Source: Candidatus Saccharimonadales bacterium (GTDB taxonomy: Bacteria > Patescibacteriota > Saccharimonadia > Saccharimonadales > JBBQYC01). From it: a stretch of 36,830 bases of DNA. A model generated the notes under the pieces. That model worked only from the letters and a program-made list of their open reading frames with translations, was not told the DNA's origin and searched no databases. Positions 19,205 to 28,454 of the stretch are shown one piece after another. The stretch lies in assembly GCA_038209015.1 (NCBI GenBank), contig JBBQYC010000003.1, forward strand, positions 1 through 36,830, written 5' to 3'. Position numbers and translations under genes: made by a program. Numbering within the stretch: position 1 is the stretch's first letter; every line of letters begins with the position of its first letter.

Positions 19205-20397
19205 ACAGCTATACCTTTATGATGTTCATATAGATTTTTAAGCTTGATAGCTGAATTTTCCCAAGAATGACCAGTAAGCTCTTCTTCGGCATTCTGCGAT
19301 AAGGTTTCTTGGAAGGAATCGTGCTGCAATACTGAAACAATTTGATTAGCCATTTCATCGATGTCCCAAAAATCTACTTTCAAAGCGTTATTAAATACTT
19401 CCGCAATCCCCGACTGTTTTGATATCAGGGAAGGAGCCCCGTATGCAGCTGCCTCCAATGGTGTCAGGCCAAATGGTTCAGAAACTGATGGCATTACAAA
19501 CAAATCCGCTATAGAGAAAGCGTCGCGCCATTTTTGACCACGCAGAAACCCTGTGAATAACACGTTTTTACTAATGCCAAGCTGAGCAGCGAGTTCTATA
19601 AGTTCGGTATACTGCTCGCCAGATCCCACAATTAGGAAAAATGTTTTCGGTTGTTTTTCAATTACTTTTGCCGCGGCCTGTAGTAGGTTTGTAAGTCCTT
19701 TCTGTACTGTCAGCCGGCTTATACTGCTAACAACTTTATACCCCTGTTGTTGCATGACTTGCAAATATGTATAGACGTTGTCATTGGAGCGTGGCTCTAG
19801 CATATTCACATCTATACTATTATGAACAACCTCTATCTTATCAAGCGGTATGTCGTAATCTTTAGATATAATTCTTCTCGTATGCTCACTCACTGCGATA
19901 ATCTTATCTGCTTGCATGAGTCCTAAACGCTCTATTTCGCGAACATACGGATTCCCGTAATTCCCAGCCGCCCTGTCTGATTCAACAGAATGAACGTGGG
20001 CTATTAGAGGTTTTCCAGATAGTAGCTTAGCTCTTGCTCCGGCTTTAAGAGTAAGCCAGTCGTGTGCGTGGATGATGTCGATGTCTGTATTCTGGACAAT
20101 TTCTGAGACTGTGCGCGCGTAATGTTCGTGCTGATCCATGAATTCTTCTGACGGCCAGGAACCATTATGGCTAATATTTGACACATCGTAGCTGCTATAC
20201 AAAACAGTGTCTGAAGCCAGATTACTACTTGTAGGTACTATGTCCATAAAATCAACGGGTGTATGACCTGAATGCGGTACTACAAATTTTATATCTACAT
20301 TTTGTTTGGATAGGGCTTGGCACAGTTGATAACACGCAACTCCTAAACCACCACTGTTATGCGGTGGAAGTTCCCAACCCAGCATTAAAATTTTCAT
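19201..20397 (-). CDS. Glycosyltransferase family 4 (glycogen-synthase-like)
   Basis: MKILMLGWELPP..SGGLG, HAHDWLT, PSVSEPFGLTPLEA; alternative GTG start at 20409. Confidence 0.92.
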   Translation of the reverse strand: MKILMLGWELPPHNSGGLGVACYQLCQALSKQNVDIKFVVPHSGHTPVDFMDIVPTSSNLASDTVLYSSYDVSNISHNGSWPSEEFMDQHEHYARTVSEIVQNTDIDIIHAHDWLTLKAGARAKLLSGKPLIAHVHSVESDRAAGNYGNPYVREIERLGLMQADKIIAVSEHTRRIISKDYDIPLDKIEVVHNSIDVNMLEPRSNDNVYTYLQVMQQQGYKVVSSISRLTVQKGLTNLLQAAAKVIEKQPKTFFLIVGSGEQYTELIELAAQLGISKNVLFTGFLRGQKWRDAFSIADLFVMPSVSEPFGLTPLEAAAYGAPSLISKQSGIAEVFNNALKVDFWDIDEMANQIVSVLQHDSFQETLSQNAEEELTGHSWENSAIKLKNLYEHHKGIAV

Positions 20398-20474
20398 GTG
20401 TGTATTCACACCTTCTTAGTTCGAATCTAAGTATAAGCATAATCTATCTGCTATTCAAGCTGATGTGGCATTAT

Positions 20475-21053
20475 TTATACACAATAATCTGTTTGTATGG
20501 GTAGGAAATGCGTAGCACAGCGGGGTGAGTAGTCTATATCATTAGACTCAATTATTATTTGTGGACCCGACGTCTGCTGCTGGCCATTTACAAGCATCGC
20601 TGTGTAGCGGGCGGGCTGGTCACAATCTACCGGTTCATCACAGCGAGCTGTCAAATAATGTATAAAATCTGGAGCGGCAGATTCGGCTAAATCATAAGCC
20701 GGCATTTTGATTCCTCGGTAGTCATAATCAATCATAGCCGCTAAAACAATTGTGCCTCGTTCACGCGCAGCCTGACACCAGGCTATTTCTGCTGAGGGAT
20801 TATCAAACAGATGGAATTCATCTGCAATTACTGCATCGTATTTACTACATTCGACCGCTTCAAGAGTACTTATTTTAGCTGCAGGAATAGATATACCTGT
20901 GCGTGAACTGATATTTTTATCTCTGGTATTTGATTCAGGCTGAAAAGCCGCTACAGAGCGACCACCGTGCCTGAGCGATTCATAGGTCTCAATGGCATAT
21001 TGTGATTTGCCACTTTTCATACAACCTGTAACTATTTCGAATCGTCCGTTCAT
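20475..21053 (-). CDS. tdk: Thymidine kinase (divergent)
   Basis: GCMKSGKS P-loop, ISSRTG, IADEFHLF, DYDYRG, LTARC..C..YSPRC..H; start is ATG 21053 because the longer ORF reads through tRNA-Trp. Confidence 0.85.
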   Translation of the reverse strand: MNGRFEIVTGCMKSGKSQYAIETYESLRHGGRSVAAFQPESNTRDKNISSRTGISIPAAKISTLEAVECSKYDAVIADEFHLFDNPSAEIAWCQAARERGTIVLAAMIDYDYRGIKMPAYDLAESAAPDFIHYLTARCDEPVDCDQPARYTAMLVNGQQQTSGPQIIIESNDIDYSPRCATHFLPIQTDYCV

Positions 21054-21064
21054 ATCTATAAAAT

Positions 21065-21140
21065 TGGCAGGGGTGACAGGACTTGAACCTGCGACACCTG
21101 GTTTTGGAGACCAGTGCTCTACCAACTGAGCTACACCCCT
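21065..21140 (-). tRNA. tRNA-Trp(CCA)
   Basis: Reverse complement AGGGGTGTAGCTCAGTTGGTAGAGCACTGGTCTCCAAAACCAGGTGTCGCAGGTTCAAGTCCTGTCACCCCTGCCA. Confidence 0.97.
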
Positions 21141-21281
21141 TCGTAATGTGTAACCGCTTGGTTACTACTTCGGCGACAAAACAGGTTTACCGCGGAAATT
21201 AGCAACCAGACAAATTCATCTCTTTTCAAACATCTAAACAGCAGTAAACTGCGCGGATTACATTTTTGTCTAGATAGAGGA

Positions 21282-21310
21282 ATCATACCGTATTTGCATC
21301 GGACTGTCAT
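21282..21310 (-). promoter_or_regulatory. Putative promoter for tRNA-Trp/tdk
   Basis: ATGACA-17-TATGAT on the minus strand. Confidence 0.55.
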
Positions 21311-21359
21311 TACGTAGTCCTTTATCTTAAGAGGTAAAAATGGTATACAATAATGAGAC

Positions 21360-22022
21360 ATGGCAAAATTGCAACTCAACAAACCAACCCTGTTTCTACT
21401 TTATGGCTTTCCTGGTTCGGGGAAATCATATTTTTCTCGACAATTCAGCAATGATATTAAAGCAGCACATGTACAATCCGATAGGATACGAAATGAACTC
21501 TTCACAGATCCTCGTTATGATCGTCAGGAAAACCAAATCGTTAATCAGTTAATGATCTACATGACAGACGAATTCCTAGGGGCAGGCGTCAGTGTTCTTC
21601 TTGATGTGAATGCTGCACGCTACGCTCAACGTAGAAAACTACAAGAACTTGCGAGCAAAGCTGACGCTCAGACAGTAGTCATATGGTTTCAAATCGATAT
21701 TGATAGCGCATTTTCCCGTGTCGAAAAACGCGACCGTCGCCACGCAGATGACCGTTACGCGCTAGAGTACGATGAACCAACGTTTAGCCGTATCGCCAGC
21801 GCTATGCAGAATCCATCTCCAACCGAAAATTATATAGTGCTAAGTGGTAAGCATATATACACCACGCAGCGGAATACTATTATAAAAAAATTGTATGATA
21901 TGGGACTATTACACGCTGATCAAGCTGCCAATAACATGGTTAAGCCAGAACTGGTAAATCTTATACCTAACCCGTTAGCAGGACGAGTCGATCCTTCACG
22001 GCGCAATATTATTATTAGATAA
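21360..22022 (+). CDS. P-loop kinase (AAA_33-like)
   Basis: LYGFPGSGKS, SDRIR.ELF, SVLLD.N....QR. Confidence 0.85.
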   Translation: MAKLQLNKPTLFLLYGFPGSGKSYFSRQFSNDIKAAHVQSDRIRNELFTDPRYDRQENQIVNQLMIYMTDEFLGAGVSVLLDVNAARYAQRRKLQELASKADAQTVVIWFQIDIDSAFSRVEKRDRRHADDRYALEYDEPTFSRIASAMQNPSPTENYIVLSGKHIYTTQRNTIIKKLYDMGLLHADQAANNMVKPELVNLIPNPLAGRVDPSRRNIIIR

Positions 22023-22756
22023 TGGCATACAAGCAAGTAAGTCACGCTGAGCTGGGTCTCATAAACCTGTACAAGCGTAAAAATTCAAAACACATCAAGC
22101 TCTCAGTTTCACATGATGGACACATCCAGGTGAGTTTGCCTTTTTGGGCACCGTATAAGGTTGGTCTCGATTATGCAATAGCAAAGAAAGACTGGCTATT
22201 AAACTTGAAAGCCAAACTAAAGCCAACACTTATCACTGATGGCATGAGTATTGGGAAGGCACACAGGGTGGATTTTTCCCGAGGTGATACTAGCAACGTA
22301 AAGACCAGACTAAAAAACGGGACCGTTTACATTACCGTACCGCTTGAGGCCGAATTTGAAGATACGCACGTACAAATTATTGCCCGAAAAGCGTGCGAGC
22401 GGGCGCTCAAAAAAGAGGCTGAAACACTACTTTTGCAAAGACTGAAGCAGCTGTCCGCAGAATCACAGCTTATATGTAACAGTCTGTCTTTTAAGAAAAT
22501 GAAAGGACGGTGGGGTAGTTGCAGTTCTAATAAAGATATAGTTCTGAATATTTTTTTAATGCAGTTAACATGGGAACTTATCGATTACGTTATTCTTCAT
22601 GAACTTGTTCACACGGTTCATATGTCTCACGATGAATCGTTCTGGGGGACACTTGATGGCCTTGTTAAGAATCTGCCTGAAAAAAGAAAACTGATCAAAG
22701 AATATCAGCCCAAGCTCATTCCGAGACAAATAAGCAGTATGAGTTATGAGGCCTAG
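22022..22756 (+). CDS. YgjP/DUF45 zinc metallohydrolase
   Basis: MKGRWGSCS, IDYVILHELVH..HMSH..FW. Confidence 0.9.
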   Translation: MAYKQVSHAELGLINLYKRKNSKHIKLSVSHDGHIQVSLPFWAPYKVGLDYAIAKKDWLLNLKAKLKPTLITDGMSIGKAHRVDFSRGDTSNVKTRLKNGTVYITVPLEAEFEDTHVQIIARKACERALKKEAETLLLQRLKQLSAESQLICNSLSFKKMKGRWGSCSSNKDIVLNIFLMQLTWELIDYVILHELVHTVHMSHDESFWGTLDGLVKNLPEKRKLIKEYQPKLIPRQISSMSYEA

Positions 22757-22780
22757 TCTCAATATGTAATAATATCGGTT

Positions 22781-23947
22781 ATGGCTACTTCTGACACTCC
22801 GGCAAAAACATACAAACACACACCATTAGATACCAAAGCTGCTGAAGTCGAACGCGAACGATTAAAATCACTCGTTAATAGTATGGCTGATGGTGTTATA
22901 GCCATTGACGAAAGCTTGAAAATTGTTCTATACAACGGTGCGGCATTAAATATCATGGATATCAACGAAACGATGGCTGGCAATTCCATACAGACGGTAC
23001 TTTCAATTGTAGACAAAAACTCAGCACCAATCGATCTAGTAAAACAAATAAAAGATATTAAAACTCAATATACAAATCGTGATTGGCTTATTAAGTATCA
23101 AGACAATAGTGTAGCGAATATATATCTGAGCATTGCACCGGTTCGGCTTGGGTATGGCCAAGAGGGAATGCATGGATACGTCATTTTGCTACGTGATATT
23201 ACTCGTGAAAAATCCCTGGAAGAGGAGCGAGACGAGTTTATTAGCGTCGTTAGTCATGAACTCCGCACACCGATTGCTATTGCCGAAGGCAACATAAGCA
23301 ATGCAGAATTTATTTTTGATAAATCTGGGGTAGAAAACCCGAGCATCACTGATACTTTGCGTCAGGCGCATGAACAAATTAATTTTCTTAGCAGCATGAT
23401 CAATGACCTATCCACACTCTCCAGGGCCGAACGTGGCACGCTAGAGCTGGAGGTAGAGAGCATAAATGTCCACCAGCTTTTAGAGGATTTAGGTAAAAAC
23501 TATACACCTGAGGCAACCAATAAACAGTTGCACCTTCACGTCGAAATTGACCCTAAACTTGAGCTATTAAACTCAAGCAAACTATATGTTCGTGAAATAC
23601 TACAAAACTTTATAACCAACGCCATTAAGTACACGGAAGAAGGCTCAGTAACTATCGCCGGCAAACCAGCAAAACAAGGCGTTAGTTTTTATGTGTCCGA
23701 CACGGGAATCGGTCTTAGCAAGACTGATCAGGAAAAAGTTTTTGATAAGTTTTATCGATCCGAGGACTACAGAACTCGTAAAAATAGCGGAACTGGCCTA
23801 GGCTTATACGTCACCATGAAGCTCGCACGTATGCTTCATGCAGAAATACATGTTACAAGCGAACTCAACAAAGGCTCTACATTCACAATCTATATTCCTA
23901 ATATTCAGGAAACTCAGAAGAAGTCTTCTGCTGTGCAAGTTGATTAG
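22781..23947 (+). CDS. Cytoplasmic PAS-domain sensor histidine kinase
   Basis: SMADGVIAID PAS; VSHELRTP H-box; NFITNAIKYT; DTGIG; GTGLGL; no TM segment. Confidence 0.95.
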   Translation: MATSDTPAKTYKHTPLDTKAAEVERERLKSLVNSMADGVIAIDESLKIVLYNGAALNIMDINETMAGNSIQTVLSIVDKNSAPIDLVKQIKDIKTQYTNRDWLIKYQDNSVANIYLSIAPVRLGYGQEGMHGYVILLRDITREKSLEEERDEFISVVSHELRTPIAIAEGNISNAEFIFDKSGVENPSITDTLRQAHEQINFLSSMINDLSTLSRAERGTLELEVESINVHQLLEDLGKNYTPEATNKQLHLHVEIDPKLELLNSSKLYVREILQNFITNAIKYTEEGSVTIAGKPAKQGVSFYVSDTGIGLSKTDQEKVFDKFYRSEDYRTRKNSGTGLGLYVTMKLARMLHAEIHVTSELNKGSTFTIYIPNIQETQKKSSAVQVD

Positions 23948-24173
23948 CTGCATCCCGGTTCAATATAGTCCCAGTGAGGGTTGAGGCAACACCGGTTAGC
24001 ATTATTTCTCCGTTATAAGACAATAGACCATAACCGCACATTGCAATACCAGCAACTTGAGCACTCAATCCTGTAATTTTTAAACTCCTGTACCAGGTCT
24101 TTTCGAAATTCGGTGAATTAGCTGCCAATATACATCTATCAATAGGATCTTTTCTATCGTACCTGTCGTTCAT
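23898..24173 (-). CDS. Small hypothetical membrane protein
   Basis: Two hydrophobic segments; TATAGT -10-like element 8 nt upstream of ATG; overlaps the HK 3' end by 50 nt. Confidence 0.5.
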   Translation of the reverse strand: MNDRYDRKDPIDRCILAANSPNFEKTWYRSLKITGLSAQVAGIAMCGYGLLSYNGEIMLTGVASTLTGTILNRDAANQLAQQKTSSEFPEY

Positions 24174-24212
24174 ATATGCACACTATAATATACTCGGTGA
24201 AGTTTTGAAGCA

Positions 24213-25700
24213 TCAATCTTTGATTGCGGGAAGCTTTGGATAGACGTGCATAACAGGCACGCACACATTTCGACCCTTCCAGACAACAGAGCCGAACTCA
24301 TATTTGTACATAGATACGAGATGCAACGCCACGTCACTCGCTAATGCCACGGGGAAGGTGACTAATCCACGTATGACATTTCCCGGATCAGTAGCAGTAA
24401 GTACCGTAGCGTGTGTTGCTATGAGAGCAAGGTATATCAAAATACCGAATATCACTACCATTGAACTTGTTGAGGCGCCATATATAACTGCAATCAGCGG
24501 TAAAATTAAAAATAGTATTTCTATTGATGTTAGCAGCATGACATTTTCTAAACGTCGTCGAATTTGAGGATATTTAACCCGTATAGCCGTATCTTTTTGG
24601 CCAGTGAGTGATTTGATTGTAGTCAGGCCGAGTTCATCGGTGCTGCGCAGGAACGTGTATTCATCATTGCGAACGGCTTTTCTTGCAAAATACGTTTCCG
24701 GTAATATGGCATGACTCACCGCGTTAAAGCCACCGTGTGACTCCAGAAAATTTTTGTCAATAATCCAGCAACTGCTTAACACGGGAGGACGATTAAATAT
24801 CCGTCGTGGAGGTACAAGCTCCCACCAGTATCTCAGCGGCTGGATAAACACAGCCTTCAGCGTTAATGACGTGCGTAGGGGCAGAACACTCAACATACGC
24901 TTTCTCCGGGCGTACATTGTATTCACCAAGTTTCGTATAGTATGATCTCTTACCCGGACGTCTACACCCATAAACATGACAAGCTCACCGGTTGCTTGTG
25001 TCAGGAGCGCCTGATATGCCTGGTTTTTTGCTAACCACCGCTTCTGCGGCGGCTCTCCATTAATAAATCGAACGCCATCGTGCGCAAAACTTTTAATAAC
25101 TTCAGACGTTTTTGCGTGCGAACAATCATCTAAAACTATTACCTCAAGTTTTGGGTAATTGCTTCGTAGAACGGCCTTAAGACACTGTTCTAAATCCACC
25201 GTTTCATTACGTGCCGGGATGGCAACCGTCACTGTAGGTAAGTCACGGTCAGATAAAAACACATTTGGCTCATAATAAGACAGCTGCTGAACATTTCTGA
25301 TTGCAGAAAATAATAAACCTACGGTCACTAGTAATACGACTGTCATTAAACTGATAAAGACTGAATACCATGTTATATAACTCAGTAGCAAGCTAAGGCT
25401 TACAAATAAAAATATATGTGCCGTCCCTATTACAATACTAGTTCGTCTTACAACATGCTGCAGATAATACATATGCATACGGCCTTTACTTATTCGTAGT
25501 AGATTAGTGATTCGATAAAGCGCTACTACTGAAATAACAATCTGTGACGGAAGCGTCAAAGCTGGTAGTAGAACAGCGGTAGAGACTAAAACGGCAATAA
25601 TAAGTAGCGGATTAATAAATCTTCTCAGTAACCAAAGTGGGCGGAACGTTATTAATAATTCTACAGCGTAAACTGATAGCCATAATACAAACATAAGCAT
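24213..25700 (-). CDS. Membrane-bound glycosyltransferase family 2
   Basis: VTVAIPARNE, VIVLDDCS, WLAKN.A, C-terminal V.WKGR; TM segments at both ends. Confidence 0.9.
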   Translation of the reverse strand: MLMFVLWLSVYAVELLITFRPLWLLRRFINPLLIIAVLVSTAVLLPALTLPSQIVISVVALYRITNLLRISKGRMHMYYLQHVVRRTSIVIGTAHIFLFVSLSLLLSYITWYSVFISLMTVVLLVTVGLLFSAIRNVQQLSYYEPNVFLSDRDLPTVTVAIPARNETVDLEQCLKAVLRSNYPKLEVIVLDDCSHAKTSEVIKSFAHDGVRFINGEPPQKRWLAKNQAYQALLTQATGELVMFMGVDVRVRDHTIRNLVNTMYARRKRMLSVLPLRTSLTLKAVFIQPLRYWWELVPPRRIFNRPPVLSSCWIIDKNFLESHGGFNAVSHAILPETYFARKAVRNDEYTFLRSTDELGLTTIKSLTGQKDTAIRVKYPQIRRRLENVMLLTSIEILFLILPLIAVIYGASTSSMVVIFGILIYLALIATHATVLTATDPGNVIRGLVTFPVALASDVALHLVSMYKYEFGSVVWKGRNVCVPVMHVYPKLPAIKD

Positions 25701-25804
25701 ATGATACCTGATTTTATATATTTACTGTTTTTTAACTTCATGGTAGTCTTGACTTGTGCCAAAGCTACCGTATAGGTAGTTTTTTTATTACAAAGGAGAA
25801 CGGT

Positions 25805-26206
25805 GTGGCAGAATCCAAAAAACCGCGTAAACGAATTCTTAAAAATACAGAGACTGTTCGTGAGCGATCACAAAAAGAACCAAAAACAGAGAAAAGACGG
25901 CGACTGCGTTCCGTTGGCAGCAAAGCAACGAAACCTTTTAAAAAAGCTGCTATCGTAGGAAAAAAAGAGTACTATCTGCCATTACCAGATAACAAGTTAG
26001 GTAGATTTCTTAATAAACGAAGAAGTATTATCCCTAAATACTTTCGAGAAAGCTGGAGTGAAGTACGTCAAGTTACGTGGCCGAGTAACAAACAGACGCT
26101 GCAACTAACAATGGCTGTATTTATATTTACTGCTTTGCTTGTAGCAATAGTGTCAATTGTGGACTACGGATTAGATAAAATATTTGAAGAATTATTACTA
26201 GGATAA
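25805..26206 (+). CDS. secE: Preprotein translocase subunit SecE with basic N-terminal extension
   Basis: YFRESWSEVRQVTWPS plus single TM; GTG start after AAGGAG; precedes nusG. Confidence 0.93.
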   Translation: MAESKKPRKRILKNTETVRERSQKEPKTEKRRRLRSVGSKATKPFKKAAIVGKKEYYLPLPDNKLGRFLNKRRSIIPKYFRESWSEVRQVTWPSNKQTLQLTMAVFIFTALLVAIVSIVDYGLDKIFEELLLG

Positions 26207-26215
26207 GGAGCACAT

Positions 26216-26758
26216 ATGAGTAAACGTTATGATTCCAGCAAACAGTGGTATGCCATTCATACCTACAGCGGCTATGAGGAAAAGGTAGCCGAAAGTATTA
26301 AACAGCGCGCTGAGAGCCTCGATATGAAGGATAAAATCGTCCAGGTTCTAGTGCCGAAAGAAAAAATGATTGAAGTAAAGAATGGTAAGCGCAAAGTTGT
26401 CGAAAAGAAAATCTTCCAAGGCTATGTACTTGTACAAATGAAGATGGGTGAAGATGTATGGTACATCGTACGAAATACACCAAGCGTAACTGGTTTTGTG
26501 GGTAGCGGAGCTGATCCTACGCCAGTATCGGATGATGAAATCGAAAAAATCATGAAGCGTATGGGCCGCAGCGAGCCAAAACATAAGATTGACTATAAGG
26601 TCGGCGAAGTCGTTAATATCACAGACGGACCATTCAAAGGCTTTGATGGATCCATCAATGAAGTGGACGTAGTCAAGGGCAAACTGAAAGTGCTCGTGAA
26701 TATGTTCGGCCGTGAAACGCCTGTTGAATTAGATAGCCTTCAGGTAAAGCGTGTCTAA
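26216..26758 (+). CDS. nusG: Transcription termination/antitermination factor NusG
   Basis: WYAIHTYSGYE, VRNTPSVTGFVG, KOW DGPF.GF.G, MFGRETPVEL. Confidence 0.98.
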   Translation: MSKRYDSSKQWYAIHTYSGYEEKVAESIKQRAESLDMKDKIVQVLVPKEKMIEVKNGKRKVVEKKIFQGYVLVQMKMGEDVWYIVRNTPSVTGFVGSGADPTPVSDDEIEKIMKRMGRSEPKHKIDYKVGEVVNITDGPFKGFDGSINEVDVVKGKLKVLVNMFGRETPVELDSLQVKRV

Positions 26759-26782
26759 ACTACCAGATTTAATGTAAATAAA

Positions 26783-27877
26783 ATGAGTCTACACGAACAA
26801 GAGAATCAGTATATACAGTCTTATGAAAAAAACGAGACTGATATTGCGCAGCCTGAATTCATCACTGCTAGCGAGACAATATTAGCCTATGATGTATCGG
26901 ATACAGTTCACATAGCTGAAGTTGAAGCGCCCGCAAGTTTGATTAACATAGCAGATCGGCGGCAGAACCGAAATAAACATTCGACAAGTCGTACTGCAAA
27001 GCCAAGATATACCGTTGATTCAACAACTGCATTCATGAATGAAATAGGCCGCTACCCACTACTCAACGGCAGAGAAGAAGAGCGCGAACTGGCGATTGCA
27101 ATAGAAGCGGGAAAATTAGCTACAATTAGGCTTTCGGAAGATTTAGATATATCAGAAGAAGAGAAAGAGCGATTAGAGCAATTGGCCGCTACAGGGCAAG
27201 AATCTAAAGAGCGCTTTTTAGTAGGCAACCTGCGACTTGTCGTGAGTATCGCCAAAAACTATACTCGTCCGCCTAGCGTAGACCTGACCGACGTTATCCA
27301 AGAGGGTATTATAGGTTTAGAGCACGCAATAGAAAAATTCGACTACACAAAAGGGTTCAAGTTTTCGACATATTCTACTTACTGGATTCGCGAACATATT
27401 ACTCGCTTCATAGCGATACGCGCACAAAGTGTTAAAGTACCCGATAGAGAGTATTTAAGTCTTCTACGTGCTTTAAAAGATTCTGATAATGATAGCCTGT
27501 CTTATAATGATTTACCCGAAAATCAAAAAAGAATTTTAGCGCTGACTAATCAGGTCAGTCTTGATATGAGTGTCGGCGATAGCGGCACAGAACTCATAGA
27601 TCTAATCGATGATAAGACTGAAGGACCAGAGACGGACGTCGTAGAACGTGATAGCCGGAAGGTGATTCATCAAATAATTAATGATGTGCTCAACCAGCGT
27701 GAAAGAGCCTGGCTCATTATGTATTATGGCTTAGACGGCGAAGATTCTATGACTATGAATCGAGTCGCTAATCTTTCGGGTGTGTCTTTTCATACCGTAA
27801 AAAGCGTAATTGAAAACGCAACGCAAAAGCTGAGATCTAATGAAAGTATTCAAGAATTGGGTAAAGCCGACTACTAG
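26783..27877 (+). CDS. Divergent sigma70-family (RpoD/RpoS-like) sigma factor
   Basis: Region 1.2 FMNEIGRYPLL, 2.1 NLRLVVSIAKNY, 2.2 DVIQEG.IGL..AIEKFD, 2.3 GFKFSTYS.YWIR, 3.2 VSLD, degenerate region 4. Confidence 0.9.
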   Translation: MSLHEQENQYIQSYEKNETDIAQPEFITASETILAYDVSDTVHIAEVEAPASLINIADRRQNRNKHSTSRTAKPRYTVDSTTAFMNEIGRYPLLNGREEERELAIAIEAGKLATIRLSEDLDISEEEKERLEQLAATGQESKERFLVGNLRLVVSIAKNYTRPPSVDLTDVIQEGIIGLEHAIEKFDYTKGFKFSTYSTYWIREHITRFIAIRAQSVKVPDREYLSLLRALKDSDNDSLSYNDLPENQKRILALTNQVSLDMSVGDSGTELIDLIDDKTEGPETDVVERDSRKVIHQIINDVLNQRERAWLIMYYGLDGEDSMTMNRVANLSGVSFHTVKSVIENATQKLRSNESIQELGKADY

Positions 27878-27903
27878 ACAACAGAGGTAATTTGTAGTAG
27901 AAT
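27875..27903 (+). promoter_or_regulatory. Putative rplK promoter
   Basis: TAGACA-17-TAGAAT. Confidence 0.6.
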
Positions 27904-27939
27904 CTACAGGTTACGCACGAGTAGTTTTACAACTACAGC

Positions 27940-28005
27940 AATTAGCAACTAGGAAGTAGAGAATAGCTTCAACTACAAATTCCTAATTTCTTATTACTAA
28001 TTACT
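27940..28005. repeat. Degenerate heptamer tandem repeats in inverted arrangement
   Basis: AATTAGC AACTAGG AAGTAGA GAATAGC, then AATTCCT AATTTCT TATTACT AATTACT. Confidence 0.55.
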
Positions 28006-28024
28006 AAATTACGGAGTAAATTTT

Positions 28025-28450
28025 ATGGCAAAGAAAATAACTGCCAATCTAAAGATGAAATTAAAAGGTGGCCAAGCAAGTGCAGCTCCTCCAGTAGGTA
28101 GCACACTCGGTCAGTACGGTGTTAATATGATGGATTTTATTAATCCGTTCAACGACGCTACGAAAGATCAAATGGGGCAGGATGTTACTGCACATATAAC
28201 AATTTATGATGACCGCACTATGAATTTCCGTATAGTTGGAACACCAACCGACGTACTTATTCTAAAAGCACTGGGTGAGAAAAAAGGATCCGGTAAGCCA
28301 AACACTGAAAAACTCAGTAAGAAATTATCTGATGCCCAGTTGACAGAAATCGCAGAGACAAAAGCAAAAGATATGAATACTGAAGATATTGATGCTGTCA
28401 AAAAAATGGTTGCCGGTACAGCACGCAGCATGGGAATAGAACTGGCTTAA
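28025..28450 (+). CDS. rplK: 50S ribosomal protein L11
   Basis: GQASAAPPVGSTLGQYGVN, GSGKPN, AGTARSMGI. Confidence 0.98.
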   Translation: MAKKITANLKMKLKGGQASAAPPVGSTLGQYGVNMMDFINPFNDATKDQMGQDVTAHITIYDDRTMNFRIVGTPTDVLILKALGEKKGSGKPNTEKLSKKLSDAQLTEIAETKAKDMNTEDIDAVKKMVAGTARSMGIELA

Positions 28451-28454
28451 ACCC

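Noticed and set aside
21054-21382. N-terminal extension of tdk (MVEHWSPKPGVAGSSP) and ORF 21131-21382
   Set aside because: Translation of tRNA-Trp and its leader and promoter; not coding
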